64,000 nt of DNA from positions 1,280,001 to 1,344,000 of the forward strand of contig CAWIIB010000009.1 in NCBI GenBank assembly GCA_963836075.1, read 5' to 3'. The notes under the pieces are model-generated. The model was not told the origin of the DNA, searched no databases, and worked only from the letters and a program-made list of their open reading frames with translations. This DNA is from an uncultured Acidobacteriota bacterium. GTDB lineage: Bacteria; Acidobacteriota; JAQAZP01. Shown here in pieces: positions 28,017 to 36,194 of the stretch. Each line of letters begins with the position of its first letter. Positions within the stretch are counted from its first letter, which is position 1. The translations under genes were made by a program, and so were the position numbers.

Positions 28017-30479
28017 TCAGGGCTTGCCGATTTCGGGGAATTCGTTCTTGAGATGGGTCTCCAGCCTGGTGAAACTGGCAACAATCTGCTGGTGCAACTC
28101 CTGTGCCTCGACCAGGTTGCCGGAAGCGGCATTGTTCTCCAGGAGCTTGGCCAGCTCGCCCAGAGTTTCGGTGCCCAGACTGGTGGAGGCGCCCTTGATG
28201 CTGTGCGCCGTGCGGCGGACCGTATCGGCGTCGGAATCGGCAATGGCCTGTTCCAGGTTCTCCAGGCGTTGTGGAATATCCTCCAGGTAATCGCGCAGCA
28301 GTTCTTCGAGGAACCCCCGGTCGCCGGAAACCAGGGCCAGGGCCTTTTTCATGTCGATCGGGCTTTTTCCTGGTTCCCCTGTCTTTGCGGCAGGCTGGTT
28401 TTTCCGGTCCAGGGCGCCGGAGGTGGTTGCGGCGTGATAGTCACCATTCCTGCTGCTGCCGTGACCCAGCCAGGAGGATATTATCCCGTACATCAGCTCC
28501 TGGTTGATCGGTTTGGTAATGTAGTCGCTCATTCCTGAGTCGAGGCACATCTCGCGGTCACCGGTCATGGCATGAGCGGTCATGGCGATGATCGGCAGGT
28601 CAGCGTATTTCTCCTGCTGGCGGATGGCCCGGGTGGCTTCCAGGCCGTCCATTACCGGCATCTGGATGTCCATCAGCACCAGGTCCACCTTTTCCGTTTC
28701 CAGGAGCTCCAACGCTTCGCGGCCGTTTGCCGCAGCCACCACGGTGTAGCCGACGTCCTCGAGCAGCCTCACCGCCAGTTTGGTGTTTACCGGGTGGTCC
28801 TCGGCCAGAAGGATAGTATGCTCGCCGGAATTGCTCGCCTTCCTCTCTTCCAGGTCGTAGCGGGTCAGCAGTTCGGGATCCCCGGCCGAAATCTCGCGTG
28901 CACCATCCTGCGGGGTCATCACCCGGTTGATCGCCTCCAGCAGCAGCGAGTGCTTGATCGGCTTGACGAAGTAGCCGTCGATCCCGATCTCGCGGCAGCG
29001 GTTGGCATCGCCCCGTACTCCGAGGGCCGTCATCAGCAGCAGTTTCGGCTGCTTTTTCAGGTTGGAGGTCCGGATCTGCCGGGCCGTGGCAAATCCGTCC
29101 AGGCCGGGCAACTTGAGATCGAGAATCACGAGGTCGTAGGTTGCCGACCCGGCCGACCGGGCGATCATCTCAATGGCATCGCCGCCGCAGCCGCCCTCCT
29201 CCACCGCACAGCCCAGCTCGCTCAACTCCTGGCGCAGGATCAGGCGGTTGTTGCTGTTGTCGTCCACCACCAGCACCCTGGCCCCCTTGAGCTTCGGGCG
29301 GGCGTTTCCGTTCTCATGGGCCTGGACCGTCTGCACCGGCACCATGGGCAGGGTGAAGAAGAATGTGGCCCCCTCGCCGGCGGTGGTCTTCAGTCCCAGC
29401 TTTCCGCCCATCACCTCCACCAGTTCGCGCGATATGGTCAGGCCGAGGCCGGTGCCGCCGAACGTCCGGGTGAATGATTCGTCGGCCTGGGTAAAGGAGT
29501 CGAATATGCTCTCCACTTTTTCTTCGGGGATCCCCATGCCGGTATCCGAGACGGTGAAGCGGATGTTTGTCATGCCCTCCGGGCCCGCGGGCGCGGTGTC
29601 GATTTTCAGCAGCACTTCGCCTTTCTCGGTGAATTTGATCGCGTTGCCCACCAGGTTGATCAATACCTGACGCAGCCTGGTGGGATCACCCTTCACCTGG
29701 CTGGGGACGTCGCTGTCCACGTGTCCGATCAGTTCCAGTGCCTTGCCGGCCGCGGGATAGGCCATCACGTCGAGGACGCCGTCGGCCAGTTCGCGCAACC
29801 CGAAGGTGATCCGTTCAAGCTCCAGCTTGCCGGCCTCGATCTTCGACAGGTCCAGGATGTCATTGATCAGGGAGAGCAGCGAGTCGGCGCAGCTCTTCAC
29901 CGTGCCCATGTATTCCTGCTGCTCTCCAGTCAGTTTGGTGGTCATGGCCAGATCGATCATGCCCATGATGCCGTTGAGCGGGGTACGGATCTCGTGGGAC
30001 ATGTTGGCCAGGAAACTGCTCTTGGCCGTGCTGGCGGCTTCGATGGACTTGCGTTGCCGGATCAGTTCGGTGATGTCCTCGATGACACCGTGAAAGCAGA
30101 TAACCTCACCCGCTTCGTTGAGGACGGCATGGGAACTCTCCCGGCACCAGATCAGCGTCCCGTCTTTCTTCTTCAGCCGCAGTTCGATTCCCCGGAGTTT
30201 CCCGTCGTCCAGCAGCCGCTGCGAAAACTCTTCCCGGTCGCCCGGATCGGGGTAGAGGTCCACGGCGTCGATGTTCATGAATTCTTCGCGGGAAGCGTAG
30301 CCAAACATGTCCACCAGGGTCTGGTTGACATAGATGAAGGTGCCCCTGATGCCCGGATGGTTCCAGTAGAGGCCCACCGGCAGGTTGTCGATGGTCTGCG
30401 CCAGCTCACCACTGGGAATGATGTGATGTTCACTGGCCTGGGAGACCAGGTCGCTGATTGTGTGGTCCGAAACGCCCAT
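28017..30479 (-). CDS. Cytoplasmic hybrid histidine kinase (PAS-HisKA-HATPase-REC-REC-Hpt)
   Basis: PAS/PAC, FLANMSHEIRTPLNG, NAIKFT, DTGMGI, GGTGLGL, two receiver domains, AHSIKGAS. Confidence 0.95.
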   Translation of the reverse strand: MGVSDHTISDLVSQASEHHIIPSGELAQTIDNLPVGLYWNHPGIRGTFIYVNQTLVDMFGYASREEFMNIDAVDLYPDPGDREEFSQRLLDDGKLRGIELRLKKKDGTLIWCRESSHAVLNEAGEVICFHGVIEDITELIRQRKSIEAASTAKSSFLANMSHEIRTPLNGIMGMIDLAMTTKLTGEQQEYMGTVKSCADSLLSLINDILDLSKIEAGKLELERITFGLRELADGVLDVMAYPAAGKALELIGHVDSDVPSQVKGDPTRLRQVLINLVGNAIKFTEKGEVLLKIDTAPAGPEGMTNIRFTVSDTGMGIPEEKVESIFDSFTQADESFTRTFGGTGLGLTISRELVEVMGGKLGLKTTAGEGATFFFTLPMVPVQTVQAHENGNARPKLKGARVLVVDDNSNNRLILRQELSELGCAVEEGGCGGDAIEMIARSAGSATYDLVILDLKLPGLDGFATARQIRTSNLKKQPKLLLMTALGVRGDANRCREIGIDGYFVKPIKHSLLLEAINRVMTPQDGAREISAGDPELLTRYDLEERKASNSGEHTILLAEDHPVNTKLAVRLLEDVGYTVVAAANGREALELLETEKVDLVLMDIQMPVMDGLEATRAIRQQEKYADLPIIAMTAHAMTGDREMCLDSGMSDYITKPINQELMYGIISSWLGHGSSRNGDYHAATTSGALDRKNQPAAKTGEPGKSPIDMKKALALVSGDRGFLEELLRDYLEDIPQRLENLEQAIADSDADTVRRTAHSIKGASTSLGTETLGELAKLLENNAASGNLVEAQELHQQIVASFTRLETHLKNEFPEIGKP

Positions 30480-30591
30480 GGTTGCTACCCCGGCGAAAAG
30501 CGAGGAAATGCAGTTGTCTGCCGCCGGATGGCAGAGTCCTCCCCGTGCAACTCTTCCCGGGTTTAATTATCGGCAGAAAATCGGGAAAGAA

Positions 30592-32034
30592 TTACCTGCG
30601 TTTCCGGCGTGGACGGCTTGAGGGACGGCGGCGGCCCTGTCCGGGCGGTTTCTCCGCTTTCGGTTCGGGCGGCACCCGCTCCGCCGGCTGTTCGGCGGCG
30701 CTGACCGCAGCCTCCGCCGGGTCGGCTTCGGGCGGGTTGAGGTAGAGGTTGAGCAGCAGCGAGACCAGCGAATGGGCATCGTCCTGCTTCAGCAGGTCCT
30801 TGGCCAGCGGCTCCAGAGTTTCCAGGTCACGGGCCGAGGCCTTGTCCTCCAGCACCCGGATCTGGTTCAGCAGGCGTTGGCGGGCCGATTTCTCCACATC
30901 CTCGTCGGTGGGGATGCGGCCCTCCTTGACCACCAGGTGGTGGGCGTTCACCAGGCGGTTGAAGTTGAGCAGGTCCACGGCGGAGACAAAGGATATGGCC
31001 ACGCCCGACTTGCCCATCCGGCCGGTGCGGCCGGCCCGGTGAATGTAATCCTCCGGGGTCTGGGGGGCGGAATAGAGAAAGACGTGGGAGACGTCCTCCA
31101 CGTCGATGCCCCTCGAGGCCACGTCGGTGGTCACCAGGTGCTTGACCTTCTTCTGCCGGAAGTTGGCCATGATCTTCTCCCGCCGCTCCTGGGCCAGGTC
31201 GCCGGTGAGCATCGCCACCTTGAGGCCCCGGCGCCGCAGGGTGTTGAAGACCATCCGCACGTCGTCCTTGGTGTTGCAGAAAATGATCGACGACGAGGGC
31301 CGCTCGATCTCGATCAGGCGGTAGAGGTCCCGGTCTTTTTCCATCTGGCGGGTGATATAGTAGCGATGCTCCACCTCCTGGACGTAGATCGAGTCGTCGG
31401 AGAGGGCGATCTTGTGCGGATCCCGCTGGTAGGACTGACCCAGCCGGACGATGGAGGCGGGGAAGGTGGCCGAGCCGAGCAAAGTCTGCCGATCCTTCGG
31501 GCAGCGCTCGAGGATCGCGGATATCTCCTCGTAGAACCCCATGTCCAGCATGCGATCCGCCTCGTCCAGCACCAGCACCTTCAGTCCACTGAGATCCAGG
31601 GTGCGGCGCCGCAAGTGGTCCAGTACCCGCCCGGGCGTGCCGGCCACCATCAGGGCGCCGGCCTCGAGGTCACGCATCTGCTTGGTGTACGAGGCGCCGC
31701 CGTAGATGCAGGTCACCAGCACGCCGGTGCAGGCGTTGATCTGCGCCAGGTCACCGGCGAACTGCAGGGCCAGCTCGCGGGTCGGAGTGAGGGCGAGGAA
31801 CTGAACCTTTTTCAGGCCGGTGTCCAGCCGCATCGAAGCGGGAATCCCGTAGCAGGCGGTTTTGCCGGTGCCGGTCCGCGACTGGATCATCAGGTCGCGA
31901 CCCGCCATGGCCAGGGGGATTGCTTCGGCCTGGACATCGGTGGGTTTGGTGTAGCCCATCCTGGCCAGCCCCTCAAGGATAGCCGGGCTGAGACCCATCT
32001 CTTCAAACGTTGGTGTACTCAATCTGTTGCTCAC
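30592..32034 (-). CDS. DEAD-box RNA helicase
   Basis: Q motif (PTDVQ), TGTGKT, PTRELA, TPGR, DEADRMLDMGF, SAT, SRGID, HRAGRTGR. Confidence 0.95.
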   Translation of the reverse strand: MSNRLSTPTFEEMGLSPAILEGLARMGYTKPTDVQAEAIPLAMAGRDLMIQSRTGTGKTACYGIPASMRLDTGLKKVQFLALTPTRELALQFAGDLAQINACTGVLVTCIYGGASYTKQMRDLEAGALMVAGTPGRVLDHLRRRTLDLSGLKVLVLDEADRMLDMGFYEEISAILERCPKDRQTLLGSATFPASIVRLGQSYQRDPHKIALSDDSIYVQEVEHRYYITRQMEKDRDLYRLIEIERPSSSIIFCNTKDDVRMVFNTLRRRGLKVAMLTGDLAQERREKIMANFRQKKVKHLVTTDVASRGIDVEDVSHVFLYSAPQTPEDYIHRAGRTGRMGKSGVAISFVSAVDLLNFNRLVNAHHLVVKEGRIPTDEDVEKSARQRLLNQIRVLEDKASARDLETLEPLAKDLLKQDDAHSLVSLLLNLYLNPPEADPAEAAVSAAEQPAERVPPEPKAEKPPGQGRRRPSSRPRRKRR

Positions 32035-32169
32035 TCTTCTCGGGGCCGGACCCGCCGGTTCGATCGGGTGATCGGCAACGGTCGGCAGCCGGATACTGTT
32101 CGTTCTTCAGGCGTAGCGACTATAGGAGGAAGACGGGGGACTGTCAACAGGATCGTCGGTGACGGGAAG

Positions 32170-32204
32170 GGAAAGGGCCTCTCCCCCGGGGAGGGGAGAG
32201 GCCC
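32170..32204 (-). terminator. Probable terminator of the metalloprotease gene
   Basis: GGGCCTCTCCCC-N6-GGGGAGAGGCCC 12-bp stem just past the stop codon, followed by a pyrimidine tail on the minus strand. Confidence 0.65.
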
Positions 32205-32212
32205 GTAAAAGA

Positions 32213-33559
32213 CTAGTTTCCAGTGGTGCTGCAGGAGTCGCTGTCCGTGCTGCCCGACGGTGAGTAGGGCGGCTGGTTGTACGGCGCTGCCGTGATGTCG
32301 GTGCCGATGAGGGTGAACGTGTTCACCCCGTGCACTCCGGGCACGTCCGGCAGGTTGACCCCGAACGGCGTGTTGTAGCAGTAGCCGGGGCTCACGTTGG
32401 TGGCGCCGGCCCGCCAGTTGAAATAGGTGGTGCCGCTGGCGAGGGTCACGTTGAGCTTGCCGTGGAGCCGGCGGGTGAACCAGTCGTCGTTGCAGAGCTG
32501 GGGCCACAGCTGCACCGTGTAGGGCAGGGTGCCGCTTTCCGGGACACAGCCGATGATCGTGTGCATCGTGTCCCCTGACAGGGTGACGGTCAGCGTCAGG
32601 TTGTAGTCGTTTTCCGCCCCGGAGGCGCCGATGACGCGGGTGTAATAGGTGCCGGCCGGGAGGCCGGTCCCCGACACCGTCTCGTTGTCGGTGGAGGTCG
32701 TGGCGATATCCAACAGGGACTGGGCCGGGTTGTAGAGGTAGAGGCTCAGGTTGCCGCTGGCGTGGGTGAAGGTGATATCCACCTGGACGTTGGCTCCCTC
32801 GCTGACGCTGAAGGAGAAATAGTCCTCGTCGCCGGAGCAGATCTGCAGGTTGTTGATCGTGCCGGCGCTGATTGCACTGGCCCCGGCGAACGAGTCGTTG
32901 TCCTCGTAGCCGTCGTCGGTGCAGCCGCCGCAGACACCGTAGATCGCCTGGATGCCGGCGATGTCGTCGGAATGCAGGGTCCGGGCGTAGGTCTGGCCCG
33001 GGCTGCCGTAGCCATACATCGTTTTGGCCGAGTCACCGCCGCCGTAGAGGTCTGCGAGGCAGAGGTAGTGGCCGAACTCGTGGGTCGCGATGTTCCAGAT
33101 GTCGAACTGGCTGTACGTTGGGGTGCCCACGCCGTTCCAGGTGTAGCTCTGGTCATTGAACACCAGGTCGTTCTCGGTGACGTTGCCGCCTGAGGTCCAG
33201 ATGTAGGTGGCCGCGATGTAGCCGCCGCCGTCGGGCGGGGTGGTATCGAAATAGACCAGGTTGATATTGTTGTAGGTCACGCTGGTGCCTGTGGTGGTGC
33301 CGCCGTAGGTGAACTCGAAGCAGGCATTGGCGCCGTTCCAGGCGCCCGCGCCGGCCTGGATGGCGGCGATCTGTTCGGCGGCGGTGCCGGCGGCGGAGTC
33401 GACACAGTTGGGGTTGATGCGATAGTTCTCGCCCATCGGGCTGGACTGGTAATCCCAGTCATAACCGCAGAGGCCGTAACCGGCGGCGTTCTGAGCCGGG
33501 CCGGCCAGGGTCAGCAGCAGGCCGACCAGGGCGATCAGGGTAATCCGGGTGAATTTCAT
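32213..33559 (-). CDS. Secreted matrixin-like (metzincin) metalloprotease + PPC-like domain + NQPP C-terminal domain
   Basis: Signal peptide, ATHEFGHYLCLAD, Met-turn KTMYG, DDIAGIQAIYG, DDGYEDND/DEDYFSF (PPC-like), C-terminal TDITAAPYNQPPYSPSG. Confidence 0.88.
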   Translation of the reverse strand: MKFTRITLIALVGLLLTLAGPAQNAAGYGLCGYDWDYQSSPMGENYRINPNCVDSAAGTAAEQIAAIQAGAGAWNGANACFEFTYGGTTTGTSVTYNNINLVYFDTTPPDGGGYIAATYIWTSGGNVTENDLVFNDQSYTWNGVGTPTYSQFDIWNIATHEFGHYLCLADLYGGGDSAKTMYGYGSPGQTYARTLHSDDIAGIQAIYGVCGGCTDDGYEDNDSFAGASAISAGTINNLQICSGDEDYFSFSVSEGANVQVDITFTHASGNLSLYLYNPAQSLLDIATTSTDNETVSGTGLPAGTYYTRVIGASGAENDYNLTLTVTLSGDTMHTIIGCVPESGTLPYTVQLWPQLCNDDWFTRRLHGKLNVTLASGTTYFNWRAGATNVSPGYCYNTPFGVNLPDVPGVHGVNTFTLIGTDITAAPYNQPPYSPSGSTDSDSCSTTGN

Positions 33560-33637
33560 TCTCGATATCCTCCTTCTCTCATTCGCTGGGCGGAAAGGCA
33601 AATATGTGCGCACATTCATCATCGGGTGCCGATCCGT

Positions 33638-34153
33638 TTACTGCTGGGCCAGAATTTCGGTCCTGATGTTCTGGAGCAGCTCGTCGGCGGGGAGCCCGCC
33701 CTCCATGGTCAGCGTGCCGCAGTTGGGGGCGGACTGGTAGGCGATACCGTCCACCACCACATACTTGCCCTGGAACCAGCCGGCCAGCCGGTTTCCGCTG
33801 TTCTTGAGGAAGAGGATCACCGATTCACCTTCGCTGAAGCTGGGCGCCTCGGACATCCGCATGGTCTGGTCGCCCACGGTGCCGCCGGGGATGGTCACTT
33901 CCACCTCAACGCTCTTCTCGCCCTTGAGATGTTCGGTGATCAGCACGGTGGCCCGGGTGTAAATCCGGCCGTCCTCGATTGCGAAGCACTCTGTCCGCAC
34001 CACCTCGCCGGTGACGATCTGGTCGGCACGGGCGGTGAGTGTGGCCAGGTCCACGTTCTCGGTCAGCGCCGCGGCCTGATGCGTGGACACAAGCGCCAGC
34101 AGGACGAAGGTCCCGAGAAGAAAGACGGAATAGATGAGTTTTTTGCCGGTCAC
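33638..34153 (-). CDS. Small secreted protein resembling protease-associated N-terminal (pro/NTR-like) domains
   Basis: Signal peptide, DLATLTARADQIVTGEV, EHLKGE, IPGGTVG, FSEGESVILFL. An AGGAGG RBS precedes the GTG start. Confidence 0.75.
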   Translation of the reverse strand: MTGKKLIYSVFLLGTFVLLALVSTHQAAALTENVDLATLTARADQIVTGEVVRTECFAIEDGRIYTRATVLITEHLKGEKSVEVEVTIPGGTVGDQTMRMSEAPSFSEGESVILFLKNSGNRLAGWFQGKYVVVDGIAYQSAPNCGTLTMEGGLPADELLQNIRTEILAQQ

Positions 34154-34563
34154 AACAACCTCCTTTTAGATACGGATTTCCTCACAGCCAGTTATTGATT
34201 GATCGCAGCCTTAGCAGCGTGCAGACATACAACACAACGGGATAGATGGGTGCCCCTGCGGTTGACGGAGAAACCACCGCAACCATTGCGGTGACGGCGA
34301 ACAGCGGTTTTCCCCAACCGGGCGCCACCCGGGCGCTGTCAGTCGGACTGCAACCAGCCAACTCGGGATCGCCGGCTGCTGGAGGAGAGTGGGCCATGGT
34401 CGGAAGAACAAAGGCCCTGCAGCCGGGTTACCCTGCAACAATCAAACTTCAACAAGATAAATATAGGGATATTGGTCAACTATGTAAAGAGAAAAGGATA
34501 GGCTTCGGCGGGTTTATTAAAAAAAATTTATTCAACGAATGGGGATGAGACGCTGAAAACCGT

Positions 34564-35094
34564 CTATTTATCAGTGTCCAGCAGCTTCCTGAGCTCATTT
34601 TCCAGGGTCGCCACCTCGATTTCACGGCCCAGGGTCCGGACCTTGCGGCCCTCGGTGCCGCTGTACAAGGCACAGCCGAAATCCCAGGCGGAGGGGACCA
34701 CCAGGCCTTCCCAGTGGCGGAGAAAGAAGATCCCGCTGACGCCCACCGCCAACCCCTGGGGCATGTCGCTGGCCGTGAACGTCTGTCCACCGAACTCCCC
34801 GCCGAGGATGGCGAACTCGGTCAGCGTGCGTGCCGCCAGTTCACCCTTGTAGCGGTGGGTGACCCGGAGGGTGAAGACGGTGATCACGGCCTCCTTGAAC
34901 CCGGGGATGTCATCCCGCAGTTCGCAGCGCCGGCCGACGATCTCGCCGGCCACGATATCCTCCGACTTTTCCGTCATCCAGGCCAGGTCCACTTCCGGGG
35001 CGATGGAGGCCGGCGCCGGTGTCCCACCCGACAGGAAGAGGGCAAGCAGGGACAGAAACAGGGCGGCGCTGGCGGTCTGGCTGGCTCTGCTCAT
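34564..35094 (-). CDS. Small secreted protein, paralog of 33638..34153
   Basis: Signal peptide, DLAWMTEKSEDIVAGEI, HRYKGE, ILGGEFGG, GIFFLR. GAGGAG RBS upstream. Confidence 0.75.
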   Translation of the reverse strand: MSRASQTASAALFLSLLALFLSGGTPAPASIAPEVDLAWMTEKSEDIVAGEIVGRRCELRDDIPGFKEAVITVFTLRVTHRYKGELAARTLTEFAILGGEFGGQTFTASDMPQGLAVGVSGIFFLRHWEGLVVPSAWDFGCALYSGTEGRKVRTLGREIEVATLENELRKLLDTDK

Positions 35095-35195
35095 CGTTAT
35101 CTCCTCGGTCCGGTGAACCTGGTTGGTACACCTGTCAATATAGGCCCCGTGGGCTTCTTTGTAAAGTATCGGCATAGTGTGGGTTCTTGATGAAG

Positions 35196-35372
35196 AGGTG
35201 ACAGCCACCTGTTTTCTGTCAATCAGCCATTGTTAAACACCACGAGAACAATCGGTGACAGTCACCAATTTCTCCCAGTGCTATGAGATCGTTGAAATAA
35301 TTGGTGACTGTCACTTGTCTTTCAAGGCGAATTATTCTGGTGGCAACGAGTAAAAAATAGGTGACTGTCACT
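35196..35372. repeat. Cluster of four short GGTGAC(A/T)GTCAC palindromes (REP-like)
   Basis: Copies near 35196, 35254, 35303 and 35360, two in each orientation, with AT-rich spacers. Confidence 0.8.
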
Positions 35373-35374
35373 GC

Positions 35375-36091
35375 TTACAGCAGGCGTTCACGGGCGTGGG
35401 TGCGCCTGAGGGCCAGGCCGAGGAGAGCGAAGGCCCCGCCCAGCACCAGCATGCGGTTGATCACCGCGATGCGGATGAATTCTTCGTAGGGCAGGTCGCG
35501 GGCCAGTTCCTGGATGTTGATGAAGGGATAGATGATCGACTCGTTCCAGCCGCCCTGGGTGAAGAAGACCAGGAAGAGGACAATGCTGGACAGCAGCGCC
35601 CCGCCGTTGGTGGAGCGGGTGACGATGGAGAAGAGAACCGTCATGTTGCCGAAAAAAAGCGCCGGGACCATGCTGTTCAACAGCACCTGGAGAAAGGGGA
35701 AGTCGGTGATGGCGACATAGGTCAGCACGGCCAGCATCAACTGGAGAACGAAGATGGCGATGTAGACGGTCAGTGCCTTGAGCAGCCAGACCCGGTAGCG
35801 CGATCGGGAGATGGCGAACATCACCTCGATGGTCCCGGTTTCACGCTCCTGGAGCACCAGTTGCATGCCCAGCAGGATGGCCAGGAAGACGCCGGGGACG
35901 GCCAGGATCATGTTCAGCACGTCCGTCGGCCCGTAGGGCTCATTGTCGCCAAAGGCGTTCATCAGCCAGATGATGACGAAGTAGACCAGTCCGCCCACCA
36001 GCAGGAACCAGTAGCGGGTGGAGAAGGTCACCTTGAGGCAGAGCCGGAAGAGCAGCAGCCACGACCCGATTCTTCCACGCATCTTTGCCAT
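35375..36091 (-). CDS. ABC-2-type permease subunit
   Basis: About six TMs, QERETGTIEVMF motif, last gene of the transporter operon. Confidence 0.8.
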   Translation of the reverse strand: MAKMRGRIGSWLLLFRLCLKVTFSTRYWFLLVGGLVYFVIIWLMNAFGDNEPYGPTDVLNMILAVPGVFLAILLGMQLVLQERETGTIEVMFAISRSRYRVWLLKALTVYIAIFVLQLMLAVLTYVAITDFPFLQVLLNSMVPALFFGNMTVLFSIVTRSTNGGALLSSIVLFLVFFTQGGWNESIIYPFINIQELARDLPYEEFIRIAVINRMLVLGGAFALLGLALRRTHARERLL

Positions 36092-36194
36092 CGCACGTTT
36101 CTCTCTTTCTTCCCCCGTCAGGTCGGGCCGTGTTGCTCCTGAGCGACGTCGGAGGTCCGCCGACCGGAGCGAAGAGCAATATGGCCTGACCCCC

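Noticed and set aside
35196-35372. Possible mini-CRISPR array
   Set aside because: Repeats are only 12-13 nt, orientation flips, spacing is irregular, and there are no cas genes.
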